The notes: generated from the letters alone by a model not told the origin. Counted from the stretch's first letter, positions 9,116 to 19,541 are shown. The stretch: 64,000 bases of DNA from Candidatus Eiseniibacteriota bacterium (GCA_963707915.1 OY970178.1:2784001-2848000); one strand, 5' to 3'. Program-made: numbers and translations.

Positions 9116-9996
9116 TGCGGGAAGCCTGGGTCGTCCGGTCGCGCCGCGCCGCGCTCGCGCTGGCGGTCGCGAGCGGACTCGTGTTCGGCGCGTGCCCGGC
9201 CGCGATCGCGGTCGCGCCGGCGATCCGTCACAGCGCGACCCCCGCGAGCCTCGGGCTCGAGGCCGAGGGCGTCGTGATCCCCACGGCGGACAGCCTGACG
9301 GTCTCGGGGTGGTGGCTCCAGTGCGCGAAGGGCGCGCCGGTGGTCGTCATCGCCGCGCGCCGCACGGGCACGATGGGCGACATGCTGCCGGCCGCGCAAC
9401 AGTTCCTCGCGCGCGGTTTCAGCGTGCTGACCTTCGACTACCGGGGCTTCGGCCCGGGCTCGAGCGCCGAGGAGGCGGACAGCCTGCGCTACATCGTCTT
9501 CGATTCGCGGTGGGTGGACGACATGCTGGGCGCGCTGCGCTACGCCCGCGCGCGTGGCGCCGGCCGGGTCTTCGCCTGGGGCCAGGATCTCGGCAGCGCG
9601 GTGGCGCTCGCGGCGGCCGCGCGCACGCGTGACGCCTGCGACGCGCTCGCGGTCGAGGGCCTGTTCCGCATGACGCAGGACGTCCTGAACGCCAACGGCA
9701 CCGCGGTGATGCAGGACGTCGTCGTGCGCCACCGCTGGCTCGTGCAGGGGCGGGACGAGCCGGTCTCGGCGGGGGCGCGGCTGAGGGTGCCGGTGCTGGT
9801 CGTGCTGGCGGGCAAGGACGACGTGACCCCGCCGGAGACCACGAGGACGCTCGTCGCGCGCTCGCGCGCCGCCCGGGAGTTCTGGGAGATCCCGGGCGCC
9901 GCCCACCTGGGCGCCGAGACGACGCCCGGGTACTTCGACCGCGTGGCCCGGTGGTTCAGGCGCTGGGGCCCGGTCGCACCCAGCGTGACGCGGTAG
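9115..9996 (+). CDS. Exported alpha/beta hydrolase
   Basis: Start overlaps the upstream stop; signal peptide; GFSVLTFDYRGFG, WGQDLG elbow, GKDDVTP, GAAH. Confidence 0.82.
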   Translation: MREAWVVRSRRAALALAVASGLVFGACPAAIAVAPAIRHSATPASLGLEAEGVVIPTADSLTVSGWWLQCAKGAPVVVIAARRTGTMGDMLPAAQQFLARGFSVLTFDYRGFGPGSSAEEADSLRYIVFDSRWVDDMLGALRYARARGAGRVFAWGQDLGSAVALAAAARTRDACDALAVEGLFRMTQDVLNANGTAVMQDVVVRHRWLVQGRDEPVSAGARLRVPVLVVLAGKDDVTPPETTRTLVARSRAAREFWEIPGAAHLGAETTPGYFDRVARWFRRWGPVAPSVTR

Positions 9997-10010
9997 CGCC
10001 CGGGGCACGA

Positions 10011-10044
10011 CGAAGGGGCGGAGCCGACGGGCTCCGCCCCTTCG
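10011..10044. terminator. Perfect 15-bp hairpin between convergent genes
   Basis: cgaaggggcggagcc-gacg-ggctccgccccttcg. Confidence 0.75.
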
Positions 10045-10071
10045 CTTCATCGTGCGGAGGGTCCGCCCGGG

Positions 10072-11385
10072 TCAGCGTCTCGCGTGGAAGACCTCGAGCA
10101 TCTTGTCCAGCCCCTCGACCGTCGGCCAGGCCGCGCCGCCTTCCTCCCGTGCCGGTCGCGCCCCCGACGAAGTGGCGGTCGCCACCGTGCCGAGGTCCAC
10201 GAGCGGGACCGCGGCGCCGAACTTCGCATTCACGGCCTCGATCATGGCGTTGGCCAGCAGGCCCTGGGCAAGGTCGGTGGGATGCACGCCGTCCAGGCTG
10301 AAGAGCCCGCCCGTGACGAAGGCGCCGGTGTAATGCACGCCCCGGAAGTCGTAGCCGCTGGTCGCGATCCGCGCGAACAGCGCGTGCACGTCCACCAGCG
10401 CCGCGCCCTGGGCGGCCGAAGCCGCGGCGATGGCGGCGTTGTAGCCGTCCACCGCCGCCTGGAGGCTGGCCGCCTCGCCGGCCGTCAGCACCTGGGAGTC
10501 GAGCAGGGGCCGGCCGTTGCCGCCGGCCGGTGCCGGGATGCCCGTGCCGACCTCGAGCGAATCGATGGCGGTGAGCAGCACGTAGTCGCCTGCGGCGAGC
10601 AGGCCGGCGGAACCGATGAGCGGGATGTGCGAGCCGTCCGCCGGGTTCACGACGTAGGGTTTCACCGTGTTGACGTACGGCAGGCTCGTGACGTCGGGCA
10701 CGTTGAGGATCGCCAGCTTCGTGTCGGGCAGGAGCGTGTGCAGGTCCGCCAGCGTGTAGCCGAGGATCGCCGTGAACTGCGGCACGCTGAACAGCGGCGT
10801 GCCCGACCCGTTCAGCGCCGCGCCGAGCACCTCGTTCGCGCCGTACTCGAGCGAGAGGAAGGTCGGATGCAACGCCGCGGCCTGGTGCAGGAGGCTGCCC
10901 TGGCCACGCGCCACCATTCCGAAGAAGCCGGCGTAGGGGCTGATCGTGTAGTAGGTCGTGCTGTCGCAATCGTAGAGCATCGCGCCGTACACGCCCAGGT
11001 TGTGATAGGGCGTGGGCTGGGCGAGGTCGCGCGGCGCACCCATCGTGCGACCGCTGTTGCTCACGACCAGCGGACTCAGGGACACGAGCCTCAGCAACGG
11101 CGGGATGCCGTCCGGGCTGACGCGGTCGTAGGTGAAGCTGCTCACGCCTGCCTGGCGCGCGAACAGGACCGGGAAGGCCTTGGCCTGGTGGGTCTCGACC
11201 AGGCCGCCCGACTGGCCGCCGGCGCTGATGCTGGTGCCCAGCGCGACGTAGGTCGTGAAGTCGGCGCTGCCGCCGCTGACGACGGGCGCGTTGATGGCAT
11301 CGAGTCGGTCGCAGGGGCCGCTGCAGCCGGCCACGAAGAGCGCGACCAGGGTGACGGCCGCGTAGAGACGGATCTTGCGGTTCAT
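10072..11385 (-). CDS. SGNH/GDSL-family lipase/esterase lipoprotein
   Basis: Lipobox VAGC; YVALGTSISAG (block I), NLGVYGA, GANE, FSLDGVHP. Confidence 0.85.
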   Translation of the reverse strand: MNRKIRLYAAVTLVALFVAGCSGPCDRLDAINAPVVSGGSADFTTYVALGTSISAGGQSGGLVETHQAKAFPVLFARQAGVSSFTYDRVSPDGIPPLLRLVSLSPLVVSNSGRTMGAPRDLAQPTPYHNLGVYGAMLYDCDSTTYYTISPYAGFFGMVARGQGSLLHQAAALHPTFLSLEYGANEVLGAALNGSGTPLFSVPQFTAILGYTLADLHTLLPDTKLAILNVPDVTSLPYVNTVKPYVVNPADGSHIPLIGSAGLLAAGDYVLLTAIDSLEVGTGIPAPAGGNGRPLLDSQVLTAGEAASLQAAVDGYNAAIAAASAAQGAALVDVHALFARIATSGYDFRGVHYTGAFVTGGLFSLDGVHPTDLAQGLLANAMIEAVNAKFGAAVPLVDLGTVATATSSGARPAREEGGAAWPTVEGLDKMLEVFHARR

Positions 11386-11408
11386 TGCGTTCGCTCTCCT
11401 TTCTCCGG

Positions 11409-12719
11409 TTACCAGCGGTAGCCCAGGCCGACGCCGACCATGTTCACGAAGGTCTTGTAGTCACCCCGGTAGTGGTTTTCGACCGCCTCGCCCTCGGCGG
11501 CGGTGGTGCCGTAGCGGCGGTTCACGAACAGGCCCAGCTCGTAGACGTCCAGCGTCCAGCGCTGGTCGGCCCCGAGCCCGAAGCCCAGGCCGACGCTGAC
11601 GCCGTGGCGGTCGGCGTCCGGCAGCAGCGGGCTCACTGCGTGGGTCGGCGCCGGGGACTTGTCGAAGTAGTAGCCGGCACGACAGGCCATCCGGCCACGC
11701 CGATGCTCCGCCCCGGTGCGCATCTGCCAGGAGTCCTCGTAGTCCTCGATCCGCGCGGTGTTGCGGTCGCTGGAGAGGTCGAAACGAATGGGCAGGTCCT
11801 TGAAGACGCTCCACTCGTAGAAGACGAAGTCGGCCTCGACGGTCCACGCCGGGGTGGGCTCGAAGGCCGCGCCGGCCGACCAGATCGCCGGGAAGCGCAA
11901 CACCGTGCTCACGCCCTGGGTGGGCGGCAGGTTGTCGGCCACGACGGCGTCGAGCGCCGCGACGCCGGTACTGATCTGCGTGAACCTGGCGTCGGCGCCG
12001 TCCACGTGGACCACGACCTTGCTGCGATAGAAGGCGCCCAGGCGCAGCTTCTGCGTGGGCACGAAGTGCGCGGCCGCGTTCCAGCCGGCGCCGGGGGTGA
12101 AGCCCGACTTCAGCTCGGTCTCGGCGACGTCCACGGCGGCGCCGCCGCCGCCCGGGACCACCGTCAGCGTGCGGTTCCTGAGGAGCACCTTCGCGTACAT
12201 GACGTCGGCGCCCGCCGCGACGCTCCACCGGTCGTCGGGCGCCCAGGCCAGGCAGGCGCTGCCGTTGACGGTCTGCAGGTCCACCTTGGTGACGATGTAG
12301 CGACCCGAGAAGGTGGCGGGATCCCACTCGACACCGAGCCCGTAGGGCGAGTTGATGCCCGCTCCGACCGCGAGGCCCTTCTTGAGCAGGCGGGTGGCGT
12401 AGAGGGTGGGCGGGTAGAAGGTCTGGCGCACCATCTCCTCGGTGATGCCATAGCCCGGGTTCGGGCCCTTGCCCGCGAACGAGCTCACCGGCTGGAGCGC
12501 GCTGCCACCGACGTAGATCCGCGTCCCCTCGAGCCGGGTCATCGCTGCGGGGTTGAAGAACACCGCCGAGGCGTCGTCCACCGAGGCGGTGGCGGCGCCC
12601 GCCATGCCGAGCGCGGCGGCGCCCTGTTCGTAGATGGCGTAGCCGGCCGCCCCGGCGTGGGTCGGGAGCAGGAAGGCCGCCAGTACCGCACCGGCCAGCA
12701 GGGTCCGGATTCGTCTCAT
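11409..12719 (-). CDS. fadL: Long-chain fatty acid outer-membrane transporter (FadL/OmpP1/TodX family)
   Basis: Signal peptide then AGYAIYEQGAAALGMAGA...DDASAVFFNPAAM, PYGL, SPLLPDADR, C-terminal GYRW. Confidence 0.9.
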   Translation of the reverse strand: MRRIRTLLAGAVLAAFLLPTHAGAAGYAIYEQGAAALGMAGAATASVDDASAVFFNPAAMTRLEGTRIYVGGSALQPVSSFAGKGPNPGYGITEEMVRQTFYPPTLYATRLLKKGLAVGAGINSPYGLGVEWDPATFSGRYIVTKVDLQTVNGSACLAWAPDDRWSVAAGADVMYAKVLLRNRTLTVVPGGGGAAVDVAETELKSGFTPGAGWNAAAHFVPTQKLRLGAFYRSKVVVHVDGADARFTQISTGVAALDAVVADNLPPTQGVSTVLRFPAIWSAGAAFEPTPAWTVEADFVFYEWSVFKDLPIRFDLSSDRNTARIEDYEDSWQMRTGAEHRRGRMACRAGYYFDKSPAPTHAVSPLLPDADRHGVSVGLGFGLGADQRWTLDVYELGLFVNRRYGTTAAEGEAVENHYRGDYKTFVNMVGVGLGYRW

Positions 12720-12723
12720 CGCT

Positions 12724-14563
12724 TCAGTTCTCCTCGGGTTCGGGCCTACGGGTGGATTCCCCGCCGCCGTCCGCCGGCGACGGGGGTGACGCGTACAGAC
12801 TCTCGATCAGCCGGGCGTGACGCTCGTGGATGACGCGCCGCCGCACCTTCAGCGTGGGGGTGAGCTCGCCGCCCTCCTGGGTCATCTCCTGGTCCAGCAG
12901 GGCGAAGCGCCTGATCCGCTCGAAGGGCGCGAGCGTCTCGTTGAGACGGTCCATGCGCCGCTCGACGATGGCGAGGATCTCGGGGCGCGCCAGCACCTCC
13001 TTGCGGGACGCGAAGGGCCAGCCGTTGCGGCGCGCCAGCGACTCGAGCCGCTCGAAGTTGGGCACCAGCAGGGCGACGATGCAGGGCCGGTGGTCGCCGA
13101 TGAGCACGGCCTCGGTGATCCACTTGCTGGCCTTGAGGCGGGCCTCGATGGGTTGCGGGGCGACGTTCTTCCCGCCGGACGTCACCAGCAGGTCCTTGAG
13201 CCGGTCGGTGATGTGCAGGAAGCCGTCGGCGTCGAGGAAGCCGACGTCGCCGGTGTGCAGCCAGCCGTCCCGCAGCGCCTCCCGGGTGGCCGCCTCGTTG
13301 TGCCAGTAGCCCTGCATGACGTACGGGCCGCGGGTCAGGATCTCCCCCTCGGGACCGATCCGGACCTCGGCGCCGGGGATGGGCGGGCCCACGGAGCCGG
13401 CCCGCTCGCGGCCCTGCGGCGTGAGGCAGATGACCGGGGAGGTCTCGGTGAGCCCGTAGCCCTCGACGATCGGGATGCCCATGCCGATGAAGAACTCGAG
13501 CACCATGGGGTGCAGGGCCGCCCCGCCGGAGAAGCAGATCCGCAGCCGCCCGCCGACGCGGGCGCGGACCTTCGCCCCCACCAGCCGGTCGGCCAGCGGC
13601 GCGAGCGGCGCGAAGTGACGGCGGCCGGCGAGGTGGGCGCGGGCCTTGCGCAGCCCCTCGCCCAGCGCCCAGTAGAAGATCCCCCGGCGCAGGAGCGGCT
13701 GGGCGCGCGCGTTCTCGAGCACCCGCGTGCGGACCTTCTCGAAGAAGCGCGGCACCCCGGTCAGGACCGTCGGCTGGACCTCGGAGGCGTCATCGGCCAC
13801 GGTCTCGATGCTGCGGGCGAAGGCGATCGACACCCCGGCCGCCAGCATCGTGTAGCACCCCGCCATGCGCTCGAAGATGTGGGAGAGCGGCAGGAAGCAC
13901 AGGCTGACGTCGGTGGGGCCCAGGTCGATGACCTCCAGGCACGCCTCGGCGTTCCGCGAGATGTTGGCGTGGGAGAGCATCGTGCCCTTGGGCTCGCCGG
14001 TCGTGCCCGAGGTGTAGATGATGGTGGCGAGGTCGTCGGGCCCGGTCGCGTCCGCTTCCGCGCGGAAGCGCTGCGGCTCGGCGGTGCGCTCCAGCGCCCC
14101 GCGGCCGGTGACCAGGTCCCAGCTCTTCTCGACTTTCGCCCTCCGCCGGAACCGGCTCGATCGGGATGACGAGCTCGAGCCCGGGCAGGTCCCCCCGGAG
14201 GGCGCGGACCTTGGCGAGTTGGGCCGCGTTGGAGACGAAGATCGCCCGGGCCCCGGAGTCCGCGAGGATGACCCGGCACTGCTCGGCGGTGAGCGTGGGG
14301 TAGATGGGCACGGTGACCGCGCCGAGACCGAGGATGGCCAGGTCCGCCACCATCCATTCGTAGCGGTTCTCGGAGATCAGGGCGACCCGGTCGCCGCGGC
14401 GGATGCCCAGGTGGCGCAGGCCCAGTCCGAGGCTCTCCACGTCGGCCAGGGCGTGGCCGGCGGAGATGGCCTCCCAGCCCCGCTCGCCCCGACGCAAGAA
14501 CTGGGCGGGCTTCTGCCAGGTCGCGACGGTGTCGAAGAACAGGCGGATCAGGGTGCGGGCCAT
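12724..14563 (-). CDS. fadD: Long-chain fatty acid-CoA ligase, with an apparent one-base frameshift near 14135
   Basis: N-half GDRVALISENRYEW...VPIYPT in one frame; YTSGTTGEPKG, GYGLTETSP, TGDVG, GGKNVAP in another; deleting one base of TTT at 14134-14136 joins them. Confidence 0.88.
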
Positions 14564-14901
14564 GCGTAGACCATCCAGTCGTCCAGTGTCCGGAGTCCGG
14601 CTCCGGCACTCGGAGCCCTGTCGCAGGCGGAGCCCGCCACCCCTACGGGTGCGGGAACGGTTAGCACCATCTGCGGAGCGACCACAAGCACAAAGTGGCG
14701 GGGCCCACCCGTGGGGCGGGGGGCCGGCCGCAAGCCGTTGACATGTCCGGGGTCCTGCGGGAGAGTCGCCAGCGAATCAAGGAGTTCCCGCCGCGACCGG
14801 ATCCACCGGGGCAACCGCACCCACGTCTGCTGGGTACCCCGGGGGAGAATCCGGGGGCGTGCGGGCACCCAGCGGCGCCCCGTGGCGCCTCGGAGGCCTT
14901 C

Positions 14902-15699
14902 ATGCGCAAGCCGATCTTCCCGGTCGCGTGGTGTGCGACGTTGCCGGTCCTGTTCCTGCTGCTGGCTCAGCCCGCTTTCTCCCAGCCCGGGCATGGGCGG
15001 TCGGACGAATTGCTCGGGCAGGCCGCCGAGCGCTACGCCGCCGGGGACCTCAAGGGCGCCCGGGCCGCCGGCCTGGAGGCGCTGAGCGCCTCTCCCGGGC
15101 GTTTCACGGTGCTCCACCGCCTGGCCCGGATCGAGTCGATGCTGTCCGAGGACGTCTCCGGCGAGGAGGGGCGCCGGCTCGTGGCGGCGGCCGTGGAACA
15201 CGCGCGCGAGGCGGTCAAGACCGCTCCGGACAGTGCGGCCGGCCACCTGGAGCTGGCGGTGGCGCTGGGCCGGCAGGCTCTCAAGGAAGGTCCCAAGACC
15301 CAGCTCTCGCTCTCGAGGGAGATCAAGTCCGAGGTGGACCGGACCCTGGCCCTGGACCCCGCCCAGGGACGCGCCTGGCACGTCCTGGCGCTGTGGAACC
15401 GCAAGCTGGCCAGCCTGAACTTCTTCGAGCGCGCCGTGGCCAAGACCGTCCTGGGAGGCGTTCCCAAGGGCGCGTCCATGGAGAACGCGGTGGCGGACTT
15501 GCAGAAGGCCGTCGAGCTGGAGCCCGCCTACGTGAACCACCGGCTCGAGCTGGGGCGCACCTTCATGCAACTGAATCGCCGCGAAGAGGCGCGCCGGGAG
15601 CTGGAGCGCGCGGTCGCCCTGCCGCCTTCGGGCAGCCCGCTCGACCCGAAGTACCAGGCCGAGGCGCGCGAGTTGCTGGCCCGGCTCAAGAAGAGCTGA
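14902..15699 (+). CDS. Exported TPR protein resembling the RMDN (RMD1/PTPIP51) TPR domain
   Basis: Signal peptide (LLLAQPAFS); helical repeats VLHRLAR, AREAVKTAPDSAAGH, ALDP...AWHVLALW...ERAVAKTVLG, KAVELEP. Confidence 0.8.
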   Translation: MRKPIFPVAWCATLPVLFLLLAQPAFSQPGHGRSDELLGQAAERYAAGDLKGARAAGLEALSASPGRFTVLHRLARIESMLSEDVSGEEGRRLVAAAVEHAREAVKTAPDSAAGHLELAVALGRQALKEGPKTQLSLSREIKSEVDRTLALDPAQGRAWHVLALWNRKLASLNFFERAVAKTVLGGVPKGASMENAVADLQKAVELEPAYVNHRLELGRTFMQLNRREEARRELERAVALPPSGSPLDPKYQAEARELLARLKKS

Positions 15700-15712
15700 C
15701 GCCCGGCGCCCC

Positions 15713-16999
15713 ATGACCGCCCCCGCGGTCTGGATCCTGGGCGGAATCCGCACCCCCTTCGCCAGGGCGGGGACGGTGCTCCGCCACCTGGGCGCCGTCG
15801 AGCTCGGGCGCCTGGCCGCCGGCGAGGTGCTGGCGCGCAACGAGCTGGACCCGGCGCGCCTCGACGAGGTCATCCTGGGCAATTGCGCCCAGCCGGCCGA
15901 GGCCGCCAACGTCGCGCGGGTGATCGCGCTGCGCGCCGGCATTCCCGAGCAGGTGCCCGGCCTGACCGTCCACCGCAACTGCGCGTCCGGGATGGAAGCG
16001 GTCGGGCTGGCCGCGGAACGGATCCAGCTGGGGCGGGCGCAGCTCGTCCTGGCGGGCGGCACCGAGTCCATGAGCCAGCTGCCGCTCCGCTTCCCGCCCG
16101 GGTTCGGCGACTGGCTCGACGGCGTGACCCGGGCGAAGCGCCCGCTCGAACGGCTGCGAGCCGGCCTGCGCTTCCGGCCCGCGCTCCTGCGGCCGCGGTC
16201 CTCGCTGGCCGAGTCGCTGCACGACCCGGTGAGCGGGCTGGGGATGGGAGAGACCGCGGAGCTCCTCGCCCACGAGTTCGACCTGGGGCGCGACCTGCAG
16301 GACGGCTTCGCGCTCCTCAGCCACCAGCGCGCGGTGGCGGCGCGCGAGCGGTTGCGCGAGGAGATCGTGCCGGTCTTCCCGCCGCCCGCCTGCGAGCTGG
16401 TGCGCGACGACCTGGGGCCGCGCGAGGGCCTGACGCTCGAGCAGTTGGCGCGCCTGCAGCCGTGCTTCGCGCGGCGTGACGGCACGGTCACGGTGGGCAA
16501 CGCCTGCCCGGTCACCGACGGCGCGGTGGCGCTCCTGGTGGGTGGCGAGGATACGGCCCGGGGCTGGCCCGCTCCGCCGCTGGGGCGCTTGCGGGGCTGG
16601 GCGGTCGCGGGGCTCGCGCCTCGCCGCATGGGGCTCGGGCCGGTGCACGCCATCGCGCGCGTGCTCGAGCAGACCGGGATCTCGCTGGAGGACATCGAGC
16701 TGTTCGAGATCAACGAGGCCTTCGCCGTCCAGGTGCTGGCGTGCCTCGAGGCCGCGAGGTCCGTGCGCTTCGCGCGCTCCGAGCTGGGCCGCGACCGGGC
16801 GCTGGGCGAGATCCCGGTCGAGCGGCTCAACGTGAACGGCGGGGCCATCGCGCTGGGGCACCCGGTGGGGGCGAGCGGGGCGCGGTTGCTGTTCACGCTG
16901 CTGCTCGAGATGCGCCGCCGCGGGGCGAAGCTCGGCCTGGCCGCGCTGTGCGTGGGCGGCGGGCAGGGCGCCGCGTTCGTGCTGGAGCGTGACGGATGA
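15713..16999 (+). CDS. fadA: Acetyl-CoA C-acyltransferase (thiolase)
   Basis: RTPF, NCASG, GGTESMS, INEAFA, GHPVGASG, CVGGGQG. Confidence 0.93.
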   Translation: MTAPAVWILGGIRTPFARAGTVLRHLGAVELGRLAAGEVLARNELDPARLDEVILGNCAQPAEAANVARVIALRAGIPEQVPGLTVHRNCASGMEAVGLAAERIQLGRAQLVLAGGTESMSQLPLRFPPGFGDWLDGVTRAKRPLERLRAGLRFRPALLRPRSSLAESLHDPVSGLGMGETAELLAHEFDLGRDLQDGFALLSHQRAVAARERLREEIVPVFPPPACELVRDDLGPREGLTLEQLARLQPCFARRDGTVTVGNACPVTDGAVALLVGGEDTARGWPAPPLGRLRGWAVAGLAPRRMGLGPVHAIARVLEQTGISLEDIELFEINEAFAVQVLACLEAARSVRFARSELGRDRALGEIPVERLNVNGGAIALGHPVGASGARLLFTLLLEMRRRGAKLGLAALCVGGGQGAAFVLERDG

Positions 17000-19203
17000 G
17001 CGTCTTCCGCGTCGAGTTCGTGCCGGCGGGCGCGCGGGATGGGAGCGGGGCGCGCGCCGGCGGCCCGCCGGGCGGTGAGCCCGGCGGGATCGCCCACCTG
17101 GTGATGGATGACCCCGCGCGCCGGGTGAACGTCCTCGACGAACGGGCGCTCGGAGACCTCGAGGCTGCGCTGGAACTGCTCGAGGGCCGTCCGGATCTCG
17201 GTGGGCTGGTCGTGCGCAGCGGCAAGCCCGGGACGTTCATGGCGGGAGACGTGGAGGCGTTCGCCGCGCTCACCGACCGCGACCGGGCGCTGGCCCTGGT
17301 GCGGCGCGCGCAGGCCGCCTGCTCGCGCCTGGCCGCGCTGCCCTACCCGACGGTCGCGGCCATCGAGGGGACCTGCCTGGGCGGCGGGACCGAGCTGGCG
17401 CTGGCGTGCAGCTCGCGCGTCGCCGCGCAGGAGCCGGGCACGCGGATCGGGCTGCCGGAGACCCTGCTCGGCGTCATCCCCGCGTCGGGCGGGACCACGC
17501 GCCTGGCCCGGCTGGTGGGGCTCTCGACCGCGCTGGACCTGGTTCTCACCGGCCGCACGCTGGACGCGCCGGACGCCGAGCGCGCCGGGCTGATCGCGCG
17601 GGCGGTGCCCGGCGTCTGGCTGGTCGGTCACGCACACCGGCGCCTGGCGGAGCTGGCGGCGGATCGCGGGCGCCCGGCGCCGGGCACGCGGCGCCCGGCC
17701 GCCGACCGCTGGCGGCCGCGGGGCCTGCGCTCGTGGCTCGTGGACGGCACGCCGTTCGGGCGGGGCCTGGCGTTCGCCCGCGCGCGGGCGATGGTGAAGG
17801 GGCGCACCGGCGGACATCAGCCCGCGGCGGACGCGGTGCTCGCCGTGCTCCGGCACGGCATCGACCAGCCCTTCGAAGCGGCCCTGCGGCTCGAGGCCGA
17901 GTGGGCGGGCGACCTGATCGTCGGGCCGGTGTGCAAGAACCTGGTGCGCGCCTTCCGGCTCACCGAGGACGCGCGGAACGTGGCGCTGCCGGGGATCGAC
18001 GACGCGGTCCACGTGGGAAGGCTCCAGGTCGTGGGTGGCGGCGGGATGGGCGCCGGCATCACCGAGCTCGCCAGCCGGCACGGGATCGAAGTGCGGCTGC
18101 GCGACACCGATCCGGCCGCGCTGGCGCGCGCGATGCGGGCCGTGCGCGCCAGGGTCGCGGAGCGCGCGGATCGAACCCGGGCCCCGCGGCACGAGACCGA
18201 GGGGCAGCTCGCGCGCGTCTTCCCCGGCCTGGACCTGGCCGGCCTCAAGCACGTGGACCTGGCGATCGAGGCGGTGGTGGAGGACCTGGACGTCAAGCGC
18301 CGCGTGTTCGGCGAGCTCGAGGTCCGCATGCGGCCCGACGCGGTGCTCGCGACCAACACGTCGTCGCTCCGGGTCGACGACCTGGCCGCCGGGCTCGAGC
18401 GCCCGCAGCGCTTCGTCGGGATGCACTTCTTCGACCCGGTCCACCGCATGCCGCTGGTCGAGGTGGTGCGGGGCGCGAAGACCTCGGCCGCGGCGCTGGC
18501 CACGGCCGTGACGCTGGCGCGGCGGCTGGGCAGGACCCCGGTGGTGGTGAACGACGGGCCCGGCTTCGTCGTGAACCGGGTGACGATGCCGTACCTGCGG
18601 GAGGCGCTCCACCTGGTCGAGGACGGCTACCGCGTGACCGACGTGGACGCGGCGATGCGGGCCTTCGGGATGCCGCGGGGACCCTTCGAGGTGATGGACG
18701 AGATGGGTCTCGGGGCCGTCGTCAGCCTGGCCACGGTTCTGGGCCGTGCGTTCCCCGGGCGGCTCGCGCCGGCGCCGCAACTCGAGTCCCTCGTGGCGGA
18801 GGGCTTCCTGGGCCGGAGGAGCGGGGCGGGGTTCTACCGCTACTGGGGCGGGCGGCGCACGCTCGACCCGCTGGCGGCGCGCCTGCTGCGGCCCGCGCGC
18901 GAGCGCCGGCCCGCGAGCCTCTCGGCCCTGGCCGAGAGGATGACGCTCGTCATGGTGAACGAGGCCGCGCATTGCCTCGCCGACGGCGTGGCAGCGGAAG
19001 CCGGCACGCTGGACCTGGCGCTGCTCTACGGCGCGGGGTTCCCGCCGCATCGCGGCGGCCCGTTGCGCCACGCCGACAGCCTGGGGATCGCCCGGGTGGC
19101 GGCGCGGCTGACGGCGTTGCGCGCGGAGAAGGGCGAGCGCTTCCGGCCCGCGCCGCTCATCGAGGAGCTGGCGGCCGGGGGCGGGACGTTCACCGGGTCC
19201 TGA
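16996..19203 (+). CDS. fadJ: Fatty-acid oxidation complex alpha subunit (enoyl-CoA hydratase / 3-hydroxyacyl-CoA dehydrogenase)
   Basis: CLGGGTELALAC, GLPE, GGGGMGAGI, IEAVVEDL, ATNTSSL, GMHFF, PGFVVNR; ATGA overlap with the thiolase. Confidence 0.9.
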   Translation: MSVFRVEFVPAGARDGSGARAGGPPGGEPGGIAHLVMDDPARRVNVLDERALGDLEAALELLEGRPDLGGLVVRSGKPGTFMAGDVEAFAALTDRDRALALVRRAQAACSRLAALPYPTVAAIEGTCLGGGTELALACSSRVAAQEPGTRIGLPETLLGVIPASGGTTRLARLVGLSTALDLVLTGRTLDAPDAERAGLIARAVPGVWLVGHAHRRLAELAADRGRPAPGTRRPAADRWRPRGLRSWLVDGTPFGRGLAFARARAMVKGRTGGHQPAADAVLAVLRHGIDQPFEAALRLEAEWAGDLIVGPVCKNLVRAFRLTEDARNVALPGIDDAVHVGRLQVVGGGGMGAGITELASRHGIEVRLRDTDPAALARAMRAVRARVAERADRTRAPRHETEGQLARVFPGLDLAGLKHVDLAIEAVVEDLDVKRRVFGELEVRMRPDAVLATNTSSLRVDDLAAGLERPQRFVGMHFFDPVHRMPLVEVVRGAKTSAAALATAVTLARRLGRTPVVVNDGPGFVVNRVTMPYLREALHLVEDGYRVTDVDAAMRAFGMPRGPFEVMDEMGLGAVVSLATVLGRAFPGRLAPAPQLESLVAEGFLGRRSGAGFYRYWGGRRTLDPLAARLLRPARERRPASLSALAERMTLVMVNEAAHCLADGVAAEAGTLDLALLYGAGFPPHRGGPLRHADSLGIARVAARLTALRAEKGERFRPAPLIEELAAGGGTFTGS

Positions 19204-19513
19204 GCCGCCGGGCCGCGCGCCCGGCCGCGGCCGGCCCCGCGCTCCGGTCACGGCCGGAACGCGGAAACGCCCGGCCGGTGGGCCGGGCGTCTGACGCGGG
19301 AGGCCGGAGCTTGCCCTCTCCGGGACCCTGCTCGCAACTCTGGAAGACTCGCACGACTGGCTCGCTTGCCACGTTCTCGTGTACGTGACACCTCTATTAA
19401 CGCTCCGGGCGCCGCACGAGTTGCAATGCGCTCGCAAAGAAAGCGTCGAAGGGGACCAGCGCGGCGGTGCGGGCCACGAGCGCGCCGCCCGGTGGGCCCG
19501 CTCCGGGACCCGC

Positions 19514-19541
19514 TTGACTTCCTGCTGACCTCGGGCATAGT
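19514..19541 (+). promoter_or_regulatory. Putative sigma70 promoter about 380 bp upstream of gdh
   Basis: TTGACT-16 bp-CATAGT. Confidence 0.45.

Noticed and set aside
19340..19440. sigma54 promoter-like TGGC...TTGC elements
   Set aside because: Spacing does not fit the GG-N10-GC rule
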